A stretch of 64,000 bases of DNA from an uncultured Eubacteriales bacterium (GTDB lineage Bacteria; Bacillota; Clostridia; Christensenellales; UBA1242). Under the pieces are notes generated by a model. The model was not told where the DNA came from, made no database searches, and was given only the letters and a program-made list of their open reading frames with translations. The DNA lies in contig CARNVA010000008.1 in NCBI GenBank assembly GCA_949031345.1, forward strand, positions 7,661 to 71,660, in the 5' to 3' direction. This document shows, in pieces, positions 46,573 through 57,402 of this stretch. Made by a program: the position numbers and the translations under genes. How positions within the stretch are numbered: the first letter of the stretch is position 1; each line of letters starts with the position of its first letter.

Positions 46573-47808
46573 TCATTTGCGTTCTAAAATCACCACCGTC
46601 TCATATTCGCCCGTACAGGCAAACATATCAAACAAAACAACCTCTTTAATCTTATATTCAACAAGCCGACCTAAATCTCGTACCAGCGTTGCACTGTTGC
46701 AAGAAATATAGATAAGTTGATTGCAATTTTTATAATTCAAAGCCTGACAAACTTTCGCATCCAGCCCGGCTCTTGGCGGGTCAACAATGATTGCATCGCC
46801 CTCAACCCTTGGAAGCACCTCACTGCAATCACCCTGCATATTGGTGAGAAAAAACAAACTATTCTCTTCTTTAAGCCTCTCGGCATCCTTATGTTCACTT
46901 TCTCCAAGCTCAATTCCAATCACACGATATCCCAAATTTGAAAGAAAACCGCTAAGCACGCCCGCGCCGCTATAACAATTTAAAACAACCTTACCTTGTA
47001 ATTTTTTTGCCACAAATTGATAAAGCTTGCCCCCAACAAATTTATTCACCTGATGAAAACTATTTGGCAAAAACTTGCATTTAAGGCCATGCTCTTCGCT
47101 TTCAAGATACTCCTGCCCCATGCAATAAAAAAGCTTCCCTTTGAAACTTTCATAAATGACACACTTTGCGCCAAGCATCAAGAAAACACCTTGATAATTT
47201 ATCTTTCCCTGCTCTTTCTTGCAATAAAAGATTATGCCCAGACTTTCGCCCTCTTGTCGCAAAACAACTTCGCTGTAAAAATTGAAAAGCTTTTGCGCGG
47301 AAATAAAGCGGTTTAAAGTTTCAATTGCCGCGTTCATCTCCTCACTTACAAGCAAACACTTTTCTATGCCAATTGCCTCATGACTGCACCTTTCTCTTAA
47401 AGCCAAGCCATTTCTACCTACAATCAGCCTTATCTTGTTTCGATAGCCATATCGCTCATCACTTGGCTCTATTGCAATTTCACCATCATAGCCCACCTTT
47501 TTCAACTGGTTTGCCAAAAGCTCTTTTTTAATATCCAGCTCATTTTGATAGCTTGTATGTTGATAGCTGCAGCCCCCGCATCTTCCAAAATAACGACAAG
47601 GCGCAACCTCTCGTTTATCACTTGCTTTAAGCACTTTTTTAAGCTTTCCTCGATAAAAAGAAGAATGCTCATCTACAAACTCAATCTCCACCCTCTCGCC
47701 GCGAAGAGCGTAAGGCACAAACACTACCTTTCCGTCAAGCCTGCCAACTCCTTCGCCATCATAACCATATCCTTCAATAGCACAATCAAACTTGCCTCTC
47801 TTATCCAT
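46573..47808 (-). CDS. rlmD: 23S rRNA (uracil-C5)-methyltransferase, RumA/RlmD family
   Basis: N-terminal TRAM-like region, the Fe-S cysteine cluster CRYFGRCGGCSYQH, and a C-terminal SAM-MTase fold (VDPPRAGL). Confidence 0.8.
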   Translation of the reverse strand: MDKRGKFDCAIEGYGYDGEGVGRLDGKVVFVPYALRGERVEIEFVDEHSSFYRGKLKKVLKASDKREVAPCRYFGRCGGCSYQHTSYQNELDIKKELLANQLKKVGYDGEIAIEPSDERYGYRNKIRLIVGRNGLALRERCSHEAIGIEKCLLVSEEMNAAIETLNRFISAQKLFNFYSEVVLRQEGESLGIIFYCKKEQGKINYQGVFLMLGAKCVIYESFKGKLFYCMGQEYLESEEHGLKCKFLPNSFHQVNKFVGGKLYQFVAKKLQGKVVLNCYSGAGVLSGFLSNLGYRVIGIELGESEHKDAERLKEENSLFFLTNMQGDCSEVLPRVEGDAIIVDPPRAGLDAKVCQALNYKNCNQLIYISCNSATLVRDLGRLVEYKIKEVVLFDMFACTGEYETVVILERK

Positions 47809-47967
47809 ACAAAAACTGCCTCTCCCAAATATTTCAAATAGTTTTTTTAAAAGGAAGCTTTTCTGCTTAGTTAAACACGAAAACCTTCACCACTATATAA
47901 ATATTAAATGCTTGAAATCTTAAGTTTCAAAATTTAAAACATTCATAATTTAAGCTTGGCTTAATTT

Positions 47968-48573
47968 TTAGTCCTGTCTATTCGCACTAAAATACTCAAG
48001 TTTGTTTTCAATCACTCGCAAGATTTCCTCTCTGCCAAGCCCATTTTCAGAGCTGCTTGCAAGAAAAATTTCCTCTCTTAAAGAAAGCTCTTTCGCAATC
48101 GCACTTACACTTTGCTTAATCTTGCTCTTTGCAAGCTTGTCAGCCTTAGTGACAATAATTGAAAAGGGAATGTTGTAATAAATCAAAAACTTAATCATCT
48201 GCCTATCTTGCTCTGTTGGCTTATGCCTTATATCAAGCAAAACAAAAACATTGACAAGTGATTTCGACTCTGTAAGGTAATCACCTAAAATTGACGACCA
48301 AACATCAAGCTGCCCCTTGCCAACTTTTGCAAAGCCATAGCCTGGCAGGTCAACAATTCTGAAATTGTCATTTATGTCAAAATAATTTATCATCTTTGTC
48401 TTGCCCGGCGTAGCCGAGGTTTTTGCCAAACCTTTAACCTTAACTATGCTGTTGATAAGCGAAGACTTGCCAACATTACTGCGACCAACAAACGCAAACT
48501 CTGGCACTCCATCATCAATAATGTTGTTTTTATTTACAACACTTGTTTTATACACTGCTTTTTTAATAATCAT
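47968..48573 (-). CDS. engB: ribosome-biogenesis GTPase EngB/YsxC
   Basis: G1 is GRSNVGKSSLIN, G3 is DLPGYG and G4 is TKADK. Confidence 0.85.
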   Translation of the reverse strand: MIIKKAVYKTSVVNKNNIIDDGVPEFAFVGRSNVGKSSLINSIVKVKGLAKTSATPGKTKMINYFDINDNFRIVDLPGYGFAKVGKGQLDVWSSILGDYLTESKSLVNVFVLLDIRHKPTEQDRQMIKFLIYYNIPFSIIVTKADKLAKSKIKQSVSAIAKELSLREEIFLASSSENGLGREEILRVIENKLEYFSANRQD

Positions 48574-48710
48574 GATTTAATAATAACATAACTAAAACAA
48601 AAGTGCAAACTAAAGCACACTAAAAGCGCCGATTGCTTTAATTTTATTCCGATTGCTTATTATAAAACAAAAAAACTCCATACAAATCGTATAGAGTTTT
48701 TTTATTATTT

Positions 48711-50030
48711 TTATTCATAGATAAATGTTATAACAATATCTAAATGCGTTGTAATATCTTGGCCATGGCTTCCTTGAAGGAAATCAAGAAGATATTTGAA
48801 AGTAAATCCTTCTCCAATGCCTCGACTTTCTTCCATTATAAATCCAGTATTGCCAACAGCAAGTTTAACCTCATTTTTGAATGTAACTTTGTTGCCATTT
48901 TCATCTTCGAAATCAGAGTATCCTAAACTGTTGTATACATCAAGCACCTCAGCGTTAAGATCGAAAGTATCTTCAGCTTCAGTATCTTCAAAAGTAACAT
49001 TTTCAATTGTTTGTTCAACTACAATTCTCTGGCCATTTCTTAATGCAGTCACTGATAAGTCTACCATGCCACCCGCTTCTTCTACATACTCTGGTTTTAC
49101 AGCAGCGAAAGTGAATGTGTGACCTCTATACAAGCTCTTCCAAACAGCAACAGCATCAACAGTAGTTTCTTCGCCAGCAGCGATTGCATTGCCAAGACCT
49201 ATAAATGTATCGTTTGATTTGTCATAGTTGTAAACTTTGCCATTGAATTCAATTCCTGCAAGCTCATAACCTTCTCTTTCAACTTGACCCATATAGCTTG
49301 TAAAGCCAGTCTTTGTGTTGTATTCGATTGTCTTGATATTGTTTGGTTGAAGTTTGTTGAACGCAACATTTACTGTATAAGTAACATATTCTTGAGCGCC
49401 CCAAGCAGCTTCAAGCACAATATTTGCCTCGTTTTCAACATCGTCGAAAGTTGCATAGTAATATTTCTTACCAGCAAGCTCACCTTCAGCACCTTTAATC
49501 TTCCAACCTAAGAAATATAAATCTTCAGTGTTTGAAGCAGGTCTTTCAAGTTTTTCTCCATATTCAACAGTTTGAGTTGGGAAGTTGATATCAGTTACGC
49601 CATCTGCACCCTTGCCTGAATAATTTACAGTAAATTTCTTAAGGTCAGCAACGGCAGAGATTTTTGTATCTCCCTTGATGTCAAATGTGTAAGTGATTTT
49701 TGTTTCAACAGCTTTGTCAGTTTCAACATTATAGTTTCCAACATACCAGCCTTTAAACTCATAGCCAGTTGCTTGATATTCAAGTGTAACTTCAGAATAT
49801 TTGCCAATTTGCAAAACATTCTTGTCTTGAACTTTGCCATTAACTTTGACAACGACTTTGTGATTTACATTTTCATTTTCTTTTTCTGCTTCACTTTCCC
49901 TGCTTGCATCAGCGATAGTAAGTGTGCAGCCAACAGCTTCAGTCACGCCAATAGCAGCACCAACAACGCTGACCATAAGCAAAACAACTAAAGCACAAAC
50001 AGATAATATTTTTACTAAATGTTTAGACAT
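48711..50030 (-). CDS. secreted protein with Listeria-Bacteroides-type repeats (about 439 aa)
   Basis: ATG 50030 lies behind GGAGGG. The signal anchor is MSKHLVKILSVCALVVLLMVSVVGA. Repeats are GYEFKGWYV and LYFLGWKI. A TTGAAA-17-TATAAT promoter lies about 50 nt upstream. Confidence 0.75.
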   Translation of the reverse strand: MSKHLVKILSVCALVVLLMVSVVGAAIGVTEAVGCTLTIADASRESEAEKENENVNHKVVVKVNGKVQDKNVLQIGKYSEVTLEYQATGYEFKGWYVGNYNVETDKAVETKITYTFDIKGDTKISAVADLKKFTVNYSGKGADGVTDINFPTQTVEYGEKLERPASNTEDLYFLGWKIKGAEGELAGKKYYYATFDDVENEANIVLEAAWGAQEYVTYTVNVAFNKLQPNNIKTIEYNTKTGFTSYMGQVEREGYELAGIEFNGKVYNYDKSNDTFIGLGNAIAAGEETTVDAVAVWKSLYRGHTFTFAAVKPEYVEEAGGMVDLSVTALRNGQRIVVEQTIENVTFEDTEAEDTFDLNAEVLDVYNSLGYSDFEDENGNKVTFKNEVKLAVGNTGFIMEESRGIGEGFTFKYLLDFLQGSHGQDITTHLDIVITFIYE

Positions 50031-50399
50031 AATCCCTCCATGTAAACTCATTATAACACAATCGAAATATTTTTTCAATAGCTTAAGTAAAACTTTTTTA
50101 AATTTATCAAAACTATTGTGGCATTTTTTGGACGATGCTTAAAAATTTTTCCACTTTTAGTCTATTTAGTCTATGCAATTTAAACTTTTCGTATACTTTT
50201 GCAATAGCTTTGTCCCCTTTTATAAGCCAGACTATCGCGTAAAATAGAAAAACTCACTCATATTTATAATGATTATATATAATTTATATTATTTATATAT
50301 AATATATACTTGCTTTCAGAAACAAAAACCATTAAAAATTCCAGTTTTTCTTTTTAAAATATCACACCAAAAAGCAAAAAGATTTTTAAGCATTTCGAT

Positions 50400-51071
50400 T
50401 TATTTCTCCACCAAAACAAAACTCTCATCAATCATCGAAAACAACTTTTCATTTTTTAAGTTTCCATTAAGCCAAATAGACACCCAGTGCTTCTTGTTCA
50501 TGTGATAACCTTTAAAAATGTTTTCATTGTCAACAAGTCCGTCAAGTGCATCTGGCTTAACCCTTACATTTATAACCTCAATAAGCTCATTTCCGTCAAG
50601 GCCAAGCTTGCATTTGGGCAGCTTTAAAAGAGCGACAAACCATTTTCTATTGTCAGCCCTGCGAAAGACTGAATATTCCGGAAATTTTTTCCAAAGAAAC
50701 TCTGGCTTGCATTTATATCTTTCGTCAATATAATCAACAATCGCCCTCGCCTGACTTGACTTATAAATATTATCGCAAAAACATTCTTCTGCCAAATTTT
50801 TCAAAAGCTGTATATAATGCTCTCTTACCATATTTGAAAAACTGCCGCCACCTTCACTTAAAAAAAGCGTGTAAGGCTCTCCAGTTGATAGATCCACAAC
50901 TTCAGTAAAGATGTTTTCCTCTTGGTCTATGGTTATTCCCAGCTGAAACTGGTCATCAAAAAATTTAACAAAATATCTATACTTGCCTTCCTTGTAAATA
51001 AAGCCAAAAGCCCTCAACTTGTCAAAATCGACCTTCTTATTTTTAAAAATCTGCAATAAAATGCTGTTCAT
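50400..51071 (-). CDS. MmcQ/YjbR-family protein with an extra N-terminal domain
   Basis: The C-terminal signature is KGYHMNKKHWVSIWLNG. PEFLWKKFPEYSVFRR is also present. Confidence 0.7.
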   Translation of the reverse strand: MNSILLQIFKNKKVDFDKLRAFGFIYKEGKYRYFVKFFDDQFQLGITIDQEENIFTEVVDLSTGEPYTLFLSEGGGSFSNMVREHYIQLLKNLAEECFCDNIYKSSQARAIVDYIDERYKCKPEFLWKKFPEYSVFRRADNRKWFVALLKLPKCKLGLDGNELIEVINVRVKPDALDGLVDNENIFKGYHMNKKHWVSIWLNGNLKNEKLFSMIDESFVLVEK

Positions 51072-51428
51072 TAAAACACCTCTTTAACACGCTTCAGCAT
51101 ACACTCAATAAAATTGAACGATATCTGCTATTGCCCCAGTATTTAAAATCATAATTTCTCATCTGTAGCGCAACTTGTTAAACCTAAAAAATCTTTCTCA
51201 ATTAAAATCTTTCAGTCATTTTTTAATTAAAACTTCAAGAATTTAAATCACACAGTCCTTTAAAAATCGGTTTAATTTTACCGCTTTAATTTTATCACCA
51301 ACCAACAATAATAGGCAAATAAAATTGTCAAAGCAATCAAATACAACAGCAAAAAGCTTAAAAAATAAATAAAACTGCAAAACTGAAAGGAAGAAAAGGA
51401 AGAATTTAAAAATTTTTCAATAAAAATG

Positions 51429-51457
51429 TTGACAAAAAAAAAGAAATATGCTAATAT
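51429..51457 (+). promoter_or_regulatory. promoter of tRNA-Ala
   Basis: TTGACA (51429-51434), a 17-nt spacer, then TAATAT (51452-51457). Confidence 0.65.
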
Positions 51458-51468
51458 TTAAGAGCATT

Positions 51469-51545
51469 GGGGGATTAGCTCAGCTGGCTAGAGCGCCTGC
51501 CTTGCAAGCAGGAGGTCATCGGTTCGATTCCGATATTCTCCACCA
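51469..51545 (+). tRNA. tRNA-Ala (anticodon UGC), CCA encoded
   Basis: The cloverleaf was read by eye. The acceptor is GGGGGAT / ATTCTCC with G3:U70. Other elements are the D-arm GCTC..GAGC, the anticodon loop CTTGCAA and the T-arm ATCGG-TTCGATT-CCGAT. Confidence 0.9.
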
Positions 51546-51550
51546 TAGTT

Positions 51551-51585
51551 AGTCTAAACTGAATTTTCGGTTTAGACCTTTTTTA
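51551..51585 (+). terminator. terminator after tRNA-Ala
   Basis: Stem GTCTAAAC / GTTTAGAC followed by CTTTTTT. Confidence 0.75.
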
Positions 51586-51742
51586 TTCTATTTTGTTGCT
51601 TATAAGCATTCTAAAGTCTTAATTCATTAAAAGGCTTTAATTACAACTTTTTCTTATATGATATGCTTGAATAAAGTGATATGTTGCTATATAATTATTC
51701 TAGATTTTTGATTGTGATATTTTCAAGATAAGAGGTATTTAA

Positions 51743-52498
51743 ATGAAAAAATTTGATTATAAAAAATTTTTGACAGTGACAAATATTTTAATGTTGCTAA
51801 TTGTTATATTTTATATCTTTGACCATTATTTGCCATTACCTCAAAATTATACGGGATTTACTTGGGCAAGCAAAGACATAACGGCAGTCGACTATTTGCT
51901 TGGAAATTGCGGCGGTTTGCTGACCAATTATTTGGGTGTCGGCAAAGTCTTGAATTATAACAGCGGCGAAGTATATAGATATGTAACTCAGATGTTTCTT
52001 CATGGCCACCTGTTTCATTTAATTGGAAATTTAGTAGGGTTATATTTTATTGGCCATTATACTGAAAAGCGTTTCGGCTGGTGGCTGACCTGCATTATCT
52101 TCTTCACCGTTGGAATAACTGAGGCATTCATCACCGACCCCCTTTATCTAGCTATGGCACCATCAAAAGCGGAAGAATTGGCAAAATCTGTTTCTGTCGG
52201 TGCATCAGGCGGAATTTTCGGACTTGCAGGCGCTTCTCTTGCCGCACTGTTTTTCGACATAAAAAGTTTTAAACAAATCGATAAGCCCACTTTGATTGTC
52301 TCAATAATTTACGGAGTGCTGACAACCTATTTGGTAAGTTTTGGTTGGACGACCGTTTGTCACAATGTATCCTTAATTTTAGGCTTAACTGTGGGCGTAA
52401 TAATCATATTGCCATTTTACTTATTAAAAAAAGGCAAATTCTCCCGAACAAACAATTCGATCACTCAAAATGATAACGATAAAAATTCATCCCTATAA
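51743..52498 (+). CDS. rhomboid-family intramembrane serine protease
   Basis: Motifs are HGHLFHLIGN and the catalytic GASGGIFG. It has six or seven TM helices. Confidence 0.85.
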   Translation: MKKFDYKKFLTVTNILMLLIVIFYIFDHYLPLPQNYTGFTWASKDITAVDYLLGNCGGLLTNYLGVGKVLNYNSGEVYRYVTQMFLHGHLFHLIGNLVGLYFIGHYTEKRFGWWLTCIIFFTVGITEAFITDPLYLAMAPSKAEELAKSVSVGASGGIFGLAGASLAALFFDIKSFKQIDKPTLIVSIIYGVLTTYLVSFGWTTVCHNVSLILGLTVGVIIILPFYLLKKGKFSRTNNSITQNDNDKNSSL

Positions 52499-52628
52499 TC
52501 ATCCGCTCTACTAAATAATACCAAACTATCATACCTTTATATTACACAAGCGTGCTTCAATATAGTTGAAACAAATGAATTATATAAATAAAAAAAGAGG
52601 ATAAACATCCTCTCTTTTTTTAATTTAT

Positions 52629-54749
52629 TTAGTTAAGCTCAGAAACTTCTTCAGCTTCAAGTGTAACATCCATTCCCAATTGTTTTCCAATTTCCTTTGC
52701 AAGAAGTGCTTTCATATCCTCTTCGCTTTCTGCAACAGTCATTTTACCAAAATATGATTTTGATTTATTAACAATCTTTGTGCCGACAACTTTTCCGTCT
52801 TCGTTTCTAATAGCAACAAGTGCACTAGCTGTAATTGTTGTAGTCTTGCTTTTTTCATCATATCTTGAAGTGCAAGAATATTTAATTGAAGTAGCACCTT
52901 CAACAGTCTCGCCCTTCTCGTTGCTCATTTCACTGGTTTGACCGTCCATGTTTGTAACAAGGTCTTTATCAAAAGCAGTAGCAGAAATTTGCCCTGGCAC
53001 TAAGCCGTCCATCATTTGAGAAGTTGTAAGAACACTTACATTTTTTTGCATTGTATAGTTTATAAGGTTGAAATATGGCTTTCTGTTACGGCCAACGCAT
53101 TCAACTAGAATAGAAACTTCACCAGTATTCTTAACATATTCGTTTGAAACTACGCCTACAGCATAACCGCCCTTACCAGCATTGGCAAGTTTAGAGTTGT
53201 ATTCCTTAATATCTTCTTTAGTAAACTCAACAGTAGATGTAGGAGCTTTCAAAATGTCTACAATTTCGCCGATTTCGCCCATAGAAACACCAGCACCATC
53301 AAGCATTGTAGAATAACCCTTTGAAGCATCATTCTTGTAAGAAACAAGTTGATCTTTCAGTTCTGTTATAAGCCCTTTAGTTTCCTCGGCTTTAGTGATG
53401 TTCATATCTGCTTTTGCCTGTTTAAAGTCATTTACAAGCCTAGCATAGTGACAGTCATTAGTAATGTTGCCATTGTTGTCATATTTAATGAAGTCTTCAG
53501 CATTAAGTCTTGCCTCTTGAACAGCTTTGTGACCTTCAGTCATTTCATTTTTGTCTACTTCTTTGTTGTTTTTAGAAGCGAAGTGTGCAAAAACCTCTTC
53601 TCCGCCAGCTTCGAAAATTCCACTAAGTCTTGAAGCATTTGTCTCAGTTTCAAGAATTGAATCATAACTTGTTTCAATAACTGAAGTGTCAGATTCCATA
53701 ACTTGAACAATTCCAGACATAACTTCTGTATTTTCTTTGGCACCTTTTTCATTGATATATCCAGGAAGGAAAATCCCTGTAAGAGTTGCACCAATCATAA
53801 TAAGTGATGCAGTAGTTGCAAGAACAGCTCTTCCAACTTTTGTGCTGATGAAGAATTCTTTTACATTTGATTTTGATTGCTCTTTCAAAATTTGTTCGAT
53901 TTCTTGTTGTGGAGTTGCAAGGTCGCCTTTTTTAACACCTACTTTTGAAGCAAGTTTTTGTCTGTATTGCCCTACAAGCTCTTTTCCACTTGGAGTTTTT
54001 GAAAATTCATTAAGGAAATCATTGTATTCATTAAGAATATTGACCATGATAGTAGAATAAGCACTCTCATTCTTTTGAGGAGCAACAACCTGCTTGCCCT
54101 TGGCTTTTTCTTTTTCATATCTTTGCTTAGCAGTGTCATATCTCTTGTCAAAGCTCTTTGCCTTGTCAACAGCTCTTCTAAGTTTTACGCCGTTTACATC
54201 GTTTGCAGTTTCGTTTGAAAGCATAGCGAAACGAGTTGCAAGCTTAGGGAAAACAATGTTGTTGAATACATGAGTGTAAACATCAACTTTTGTCATAAGC
54301 TCTCTCATTTCAAATTCTGACTTTTCAACTTCAACTTTTGCAGCAGCAATCTCTTTTGAAAGAGCAGCTTTCTCTTCTTCAGATTTAGCTTGCACCTGCT
54401 TAACTTCAGCCTTAGCAAGTTTAACTTCCTTTTGAAGATGTTCTTTTTGCTTTTGAGCAAGTCTGTATGCTTCTTTGTTATATTTATAGTCTTCTGCTTT
54501 TTGAGCAGCTTCAAGTTTACTACTTACTTCAACATAACGCTTTTCAAGCTCGCGTGCCTTTGCTTCCATTTCTTGCTTAATAAGAGCGGCTTCTTCCAAA
54601 AGTTTTTGCTTAGCAGAAGCATCTTCTTGTGCTAGAGCAATAAGTTCTTCAGCTTCTTCGCCCCTCTTAAGAAGTTCTTCTTTTTCTCTTTCAAGGTCTT
54701 GAATTTGACCTGCCAAAAACTCTAAGTTTGCGTCCATATTGTTTGCCAT
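52629..54749 (-). CDS. bitopic membrane protein (706 aa) with an N-terminal coiled coil, a central TM helix and a C-terminal extracytoplasmic domain
   Basis: The first roughly 230 aa are an A/E/K-rich coiled coil. The TM helix is AVLATTASLIMIGATLTGIFLPGYI. A TTGACA-17-TATAAT promoter lies about 30 nt upstream. Confidence 0.75.
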   Translation of the reverse strand: MANNMDANLEFLAGQIQDLEREKEELLKRGEEAEELIALAQEDASAKQKLLEEAALIKQEMEAKARELEKRYVEVSSKLEAAQKAEDYKYNKEAYRLAQKQKEHLQKEVKLAKAEVKQVQAKSEEEKAALSKEIAAAKVEVEKSEFEMRELMTKVDVYTHVFNNIVFPKLATRFAMLSNETANDVNGVKLRRAVDKAKSFDKRYDTAKQRYEKEKAKGKQVVAPQKNESAYSTIMVNILNEYNDFLNEFSKTPSGKELVGQYRQKLASKVGVKKGDLATPQQEIEQILKEQSKSNVKEFFISTKVGRAVLATTASLIMIGATLTGIFLPGYINEKGAKENTEVMSGIVQVMESDTSVIETSYDSILETETNASRLSGIFEAGGEEVFAHFASKNNKEVDKNEMTEGHKAVQEARLNAEDFIKYDNNGNITNDCHYARLVNDFKQAKADMNITKAEETKGLITELKDQLVSYKNDASKGYSTMLDGAGVSMGEIGEIVDILKAPTSTVEFTKEDIKEYNSKLANAGKGGYAVGVVSNEYVKNTGEVSILVECVGRNRKPYFNLINYTMQKNVSVLTTSQMMDGLVPGQISATAFDKDLVTNMDGQTSEMSNEKGETVEGATSIKYSCTSRYDEKSKTTTITASALVAIRNEDGKVVGTKIVNKSKSYFGKMTVAESEEDMKALLAKEIGKQLGMDVTLEAEEVSELN

Positions 54750-55200
54750 GAGTGTAATCCTCCTTTATCTTACTTATATTATACTCTAGAAAAAAAGAGA
54801 TGTCAATAGTGAATTTAAAAAAAATTGCCAAAAGCAGCAAAATAAGGCTCGAAAAATGGAGCTGATATTTTTGCGGAATTAAATTCTCATCAGCAAAAAC
54901 AACTATATTTGGTCAAAATCACTATATCCCTTATAAAATCAAGGCATATATAGTATTTATTATATAATATTATTTTAATTTTAGTCATATTATAATAATT
55001 AAAAATATTTTTTTCTATTTTAATAAAATCCTGCATTATTTCACTCTTCGATCTATCTCATGCTCACTTTTGCCCATTTGTGTTTTGATAAATTTAAACA
55101 GCGCAAAATAAGCGCTGCTTTCAAGCTATTTTGAAATTTAATGTTAATTATACTAAATATAAAAAGGAATTATAAAAATAAAAAAAGGGGTTTCCCTTTC

Positions 55201-55785
55201 TTAATTTTCGCATTTCTCATCAAGATAAGTCGCTGTCAAATCTGCCACATGAAGCAGAAAGCAGATTGGATATTTATAATAAACATCAGCCATCATGAAA
55301 CTTCCATTTTTTGCCCTTATGTCATATTCGCCCATGTGCCAATTGATAGCCAGGGCTTCTTCGCGAGTAAGTTTAATAAAGGCAGACAAAATATAAACCG
55401 ACTTTTCACCATGCCCATAAGGCAGACTGTCTTCATAGCGGAAATATGGACGCTGCTCCCATTTTCCATCAACTTTGACATTCTTAAAGTCTTCGATATA
55501 GGTGTTCACCTTGCAAACATCATGCAAAAGCCCCATGATAGCCACACTCTCTGGCGAAACTTTCTTGCCCCAGTCGTCACCGTATTCAGCTTGCAAAAGT
55601 TTGACAAATCTTTTGTAAACATTGATGGAATGTTGGCATAAGCCCCCTCTATAATTTGAATGCCTTCTTCCACTTGCTGGCGCAACAAAAAAGTCAGACT
55701 TTTCAAGCCAGTCCACCAACTTGTCGGCGCCATCTCTGTCAACATTGTCATAAAAAATCTCTAAAAATTCATCTCTTGAATCCAT
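55201..55785 (-). CDS. HD-domain phosphohydrolase (YhaM-type HD signature)
   Basis: Motifs are PASGRRHSNYRGGLCQHSINV and MGLLHDVCK. The preferred start is ATG 55785 behind GAGGTG. The track start at 55860 is TTG. Confidence 0.7.
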   Translation of the reverse strand: MDSRDEFLEIFYDNVDRDGADKLVDWLEKSDFFVAPASGRRHSNYRGGLCQHSINVYKRFVKLLQAEYGDDWGKKVSPESVAIMGLLHDVCKVNTYIEDFKNVKVDGKWEQRPYFRYEDSLPYGHGEKSVYILSAFIKLTREEALAINWHMGEYDIRAKNGSFMMADVYYKYPICFLLHVADLTATYLDEKCEN

Positions 55786-56134
55786 AACCACCTCATAAAA
55801 AAAGCCATTTTGTTTTGAAGAAAGATTTTTATACTTAGTGTAATACTCTCCCCTTCTCAAAACACTTTCTATATGGAGTATACAATAATTATTTCTTTAT
55901 TCCAAACAAAATGCCTAATATGTGATTTTTTATTATTAAAATATTTTTTAAATCCATCCTCTTCTTATGCAAACTATGCAAATTTTTCACCATGCGTATT
56001 ATCCGCCTTTTGTTATTACTTTAAATCCCAAAAAACTGCAGGCTAGCAAATTATCTACTTGCCATGATAAATATTTAAATTGCACATATTTTGCTCACCA
56101 AAATGCTTGCATATTAAATCAACAAACAGCTAAG

Positions 56135-56452
56135 TTAAACAATGCTTCTGAAAGACTGCTCTCTTTCAATCTGGCTTTTCGCTTTCAAATATTTTTCCAT
56201 GGTTTCAAGCAGATATTTTTCTCTTCCCTTTTCATCAAGCATAAGAATTTTCTTGTCATCCATCAAAAGCTTAAGAGGGTTTCTGCTCGCCTTCTCATCA
56301 GCCAAAATATTGCGCACTTTTCCCACAAACTCAGTGTCGTCATCACTTATCACCTTAATTCTTGCGTCATAATAAGACTGACCAAGCCCCTTGTTTATCA
56401 TTCTATTTTTTGCCTTCATAGCCAAAACTTTAAGCATATTGTTTTTCATCAT
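56135..56452 (-). CDS. small protein family A, copy 1 (about 105 aa), function unknown
   Basis: AGGAGG RBS. It shares DDDTEFVGKVR...LKLLMDDKKILMLDEKGREKYLLETMEKYLKAKS with 60898..61198 and, more distantly, with 58293..58544. Confidence 0.7.
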   Translation of the reverse strand: MMKNNMLKVLAMKAKNRMINKGLGQSYYDARIKVISDDDTEFVGKVRNILADEKASRNPLKLLMDDKKILMLDEKGREKYLLETMEKYLKAKSQIEREQSFRSIV

Positions 56453-56582
56453 AACCTCCTTCTTAAATACACTTATAATCTTGTTTTTACTTTGCCATAT
56501 CTTACAACAGTTTCTCCAATCATTCTCCTATTACAACAAATTCCTGGAAGCAAGTTTGCGCTATTTGTAAAAATACTTATAT

Positions 56583-56611
56583 ATTATACAAGATTAAAAA
56601 TGATAAGTAAA
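56583..56611 (-). promoter_or_regulatory. promoter of family-A copy 1, with a roughly 120-nt leader
   Basis: Minus strand reads TTTACT, a 17-nt spacer, then TATAAT preceded by TG. The homologous block upstream of copy 2 has its -10 at 61321-61326. Confidence 0.55.
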
Positions 56612-57009
56612 CAATATAAATGTTGAAATTTGTGTAAAAGTGTCGAATTTTGTTGGACTATGTTGCAATTTGTAGAATAAATCAATATATTGAGACAAAA
56701 CAGCCTCAATGATGCCATATCTAGTTAAACAAAATCTATAAATCAGATAAAAGATTTAATTCTTCAACAAAATTTCAAAAAATCGCCTCTTTTAAAAAGC
56801 CATTTTTCACAAATAATTATAAAATTAAATTTCACTTTTGCCAATGCAAAAAAATGAAGATTTTGCGTGATTTGCGTCGAAAAAAACAAAAAAAAGTTGA
56901 AAATAACATCAACCTTTTTTAATCACTTTTTATTACTTTAAAAAAATCTAAAAAATATCAAACGCCCAAATTTAAATATCTCTTTCTTCAGGCTCAAAAT
57001 CTTCTTTTT

Positions 57010-57300
57010 CTATTTGTGTATATTTTCACTGCAGGCAAACAGCTTTCCAAACTCTTTTTTATAAAGCAAATCCAAAAGCTTATATTCTTGATAGCTTACA
57101 CTTTCCTCTATGCCTTCATTTGTTTAATATTCATCAATCTTAAACTCAATCTTGTTTCCTTCCAAAAGGTCTTATTTTATATCCTCACCGCTCTTTTTTG
57201 CAAGCGTTTCTCTTACAGCCTTCAGAATAAATCTAAGCTGATTTAAGGTACTTTCTTTTAAAACATACCGCAAGCATTTTCCCCACAACCACTCTTGATC
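57010..57300 (-). pseudogene. gene remnant with two in-frame TAA codons and no start codon
   Basis: One minus-strand frame reads ...WLWGKCLRYVLKESTLNQLRFILKAVRETLAKKSGEDIK*DLLEGNKIEFKIDEY*TNEGIEESVSYQEYKLLDLLYKKEFGKLFACSENIHK*. The composition is protein-like, with stops at 57174-57172 and 57126-57124. Confidence 0.3.
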
Positions 57301-57402
57301 TTTAATTAAAAATTAAACTTTAAGATGAATTATTAAAACCACTTCAAAAGACAGTATAATCTTCAATCTTAAAGTTTAATCGATTTTATTTATTAAATTT
57401 TT

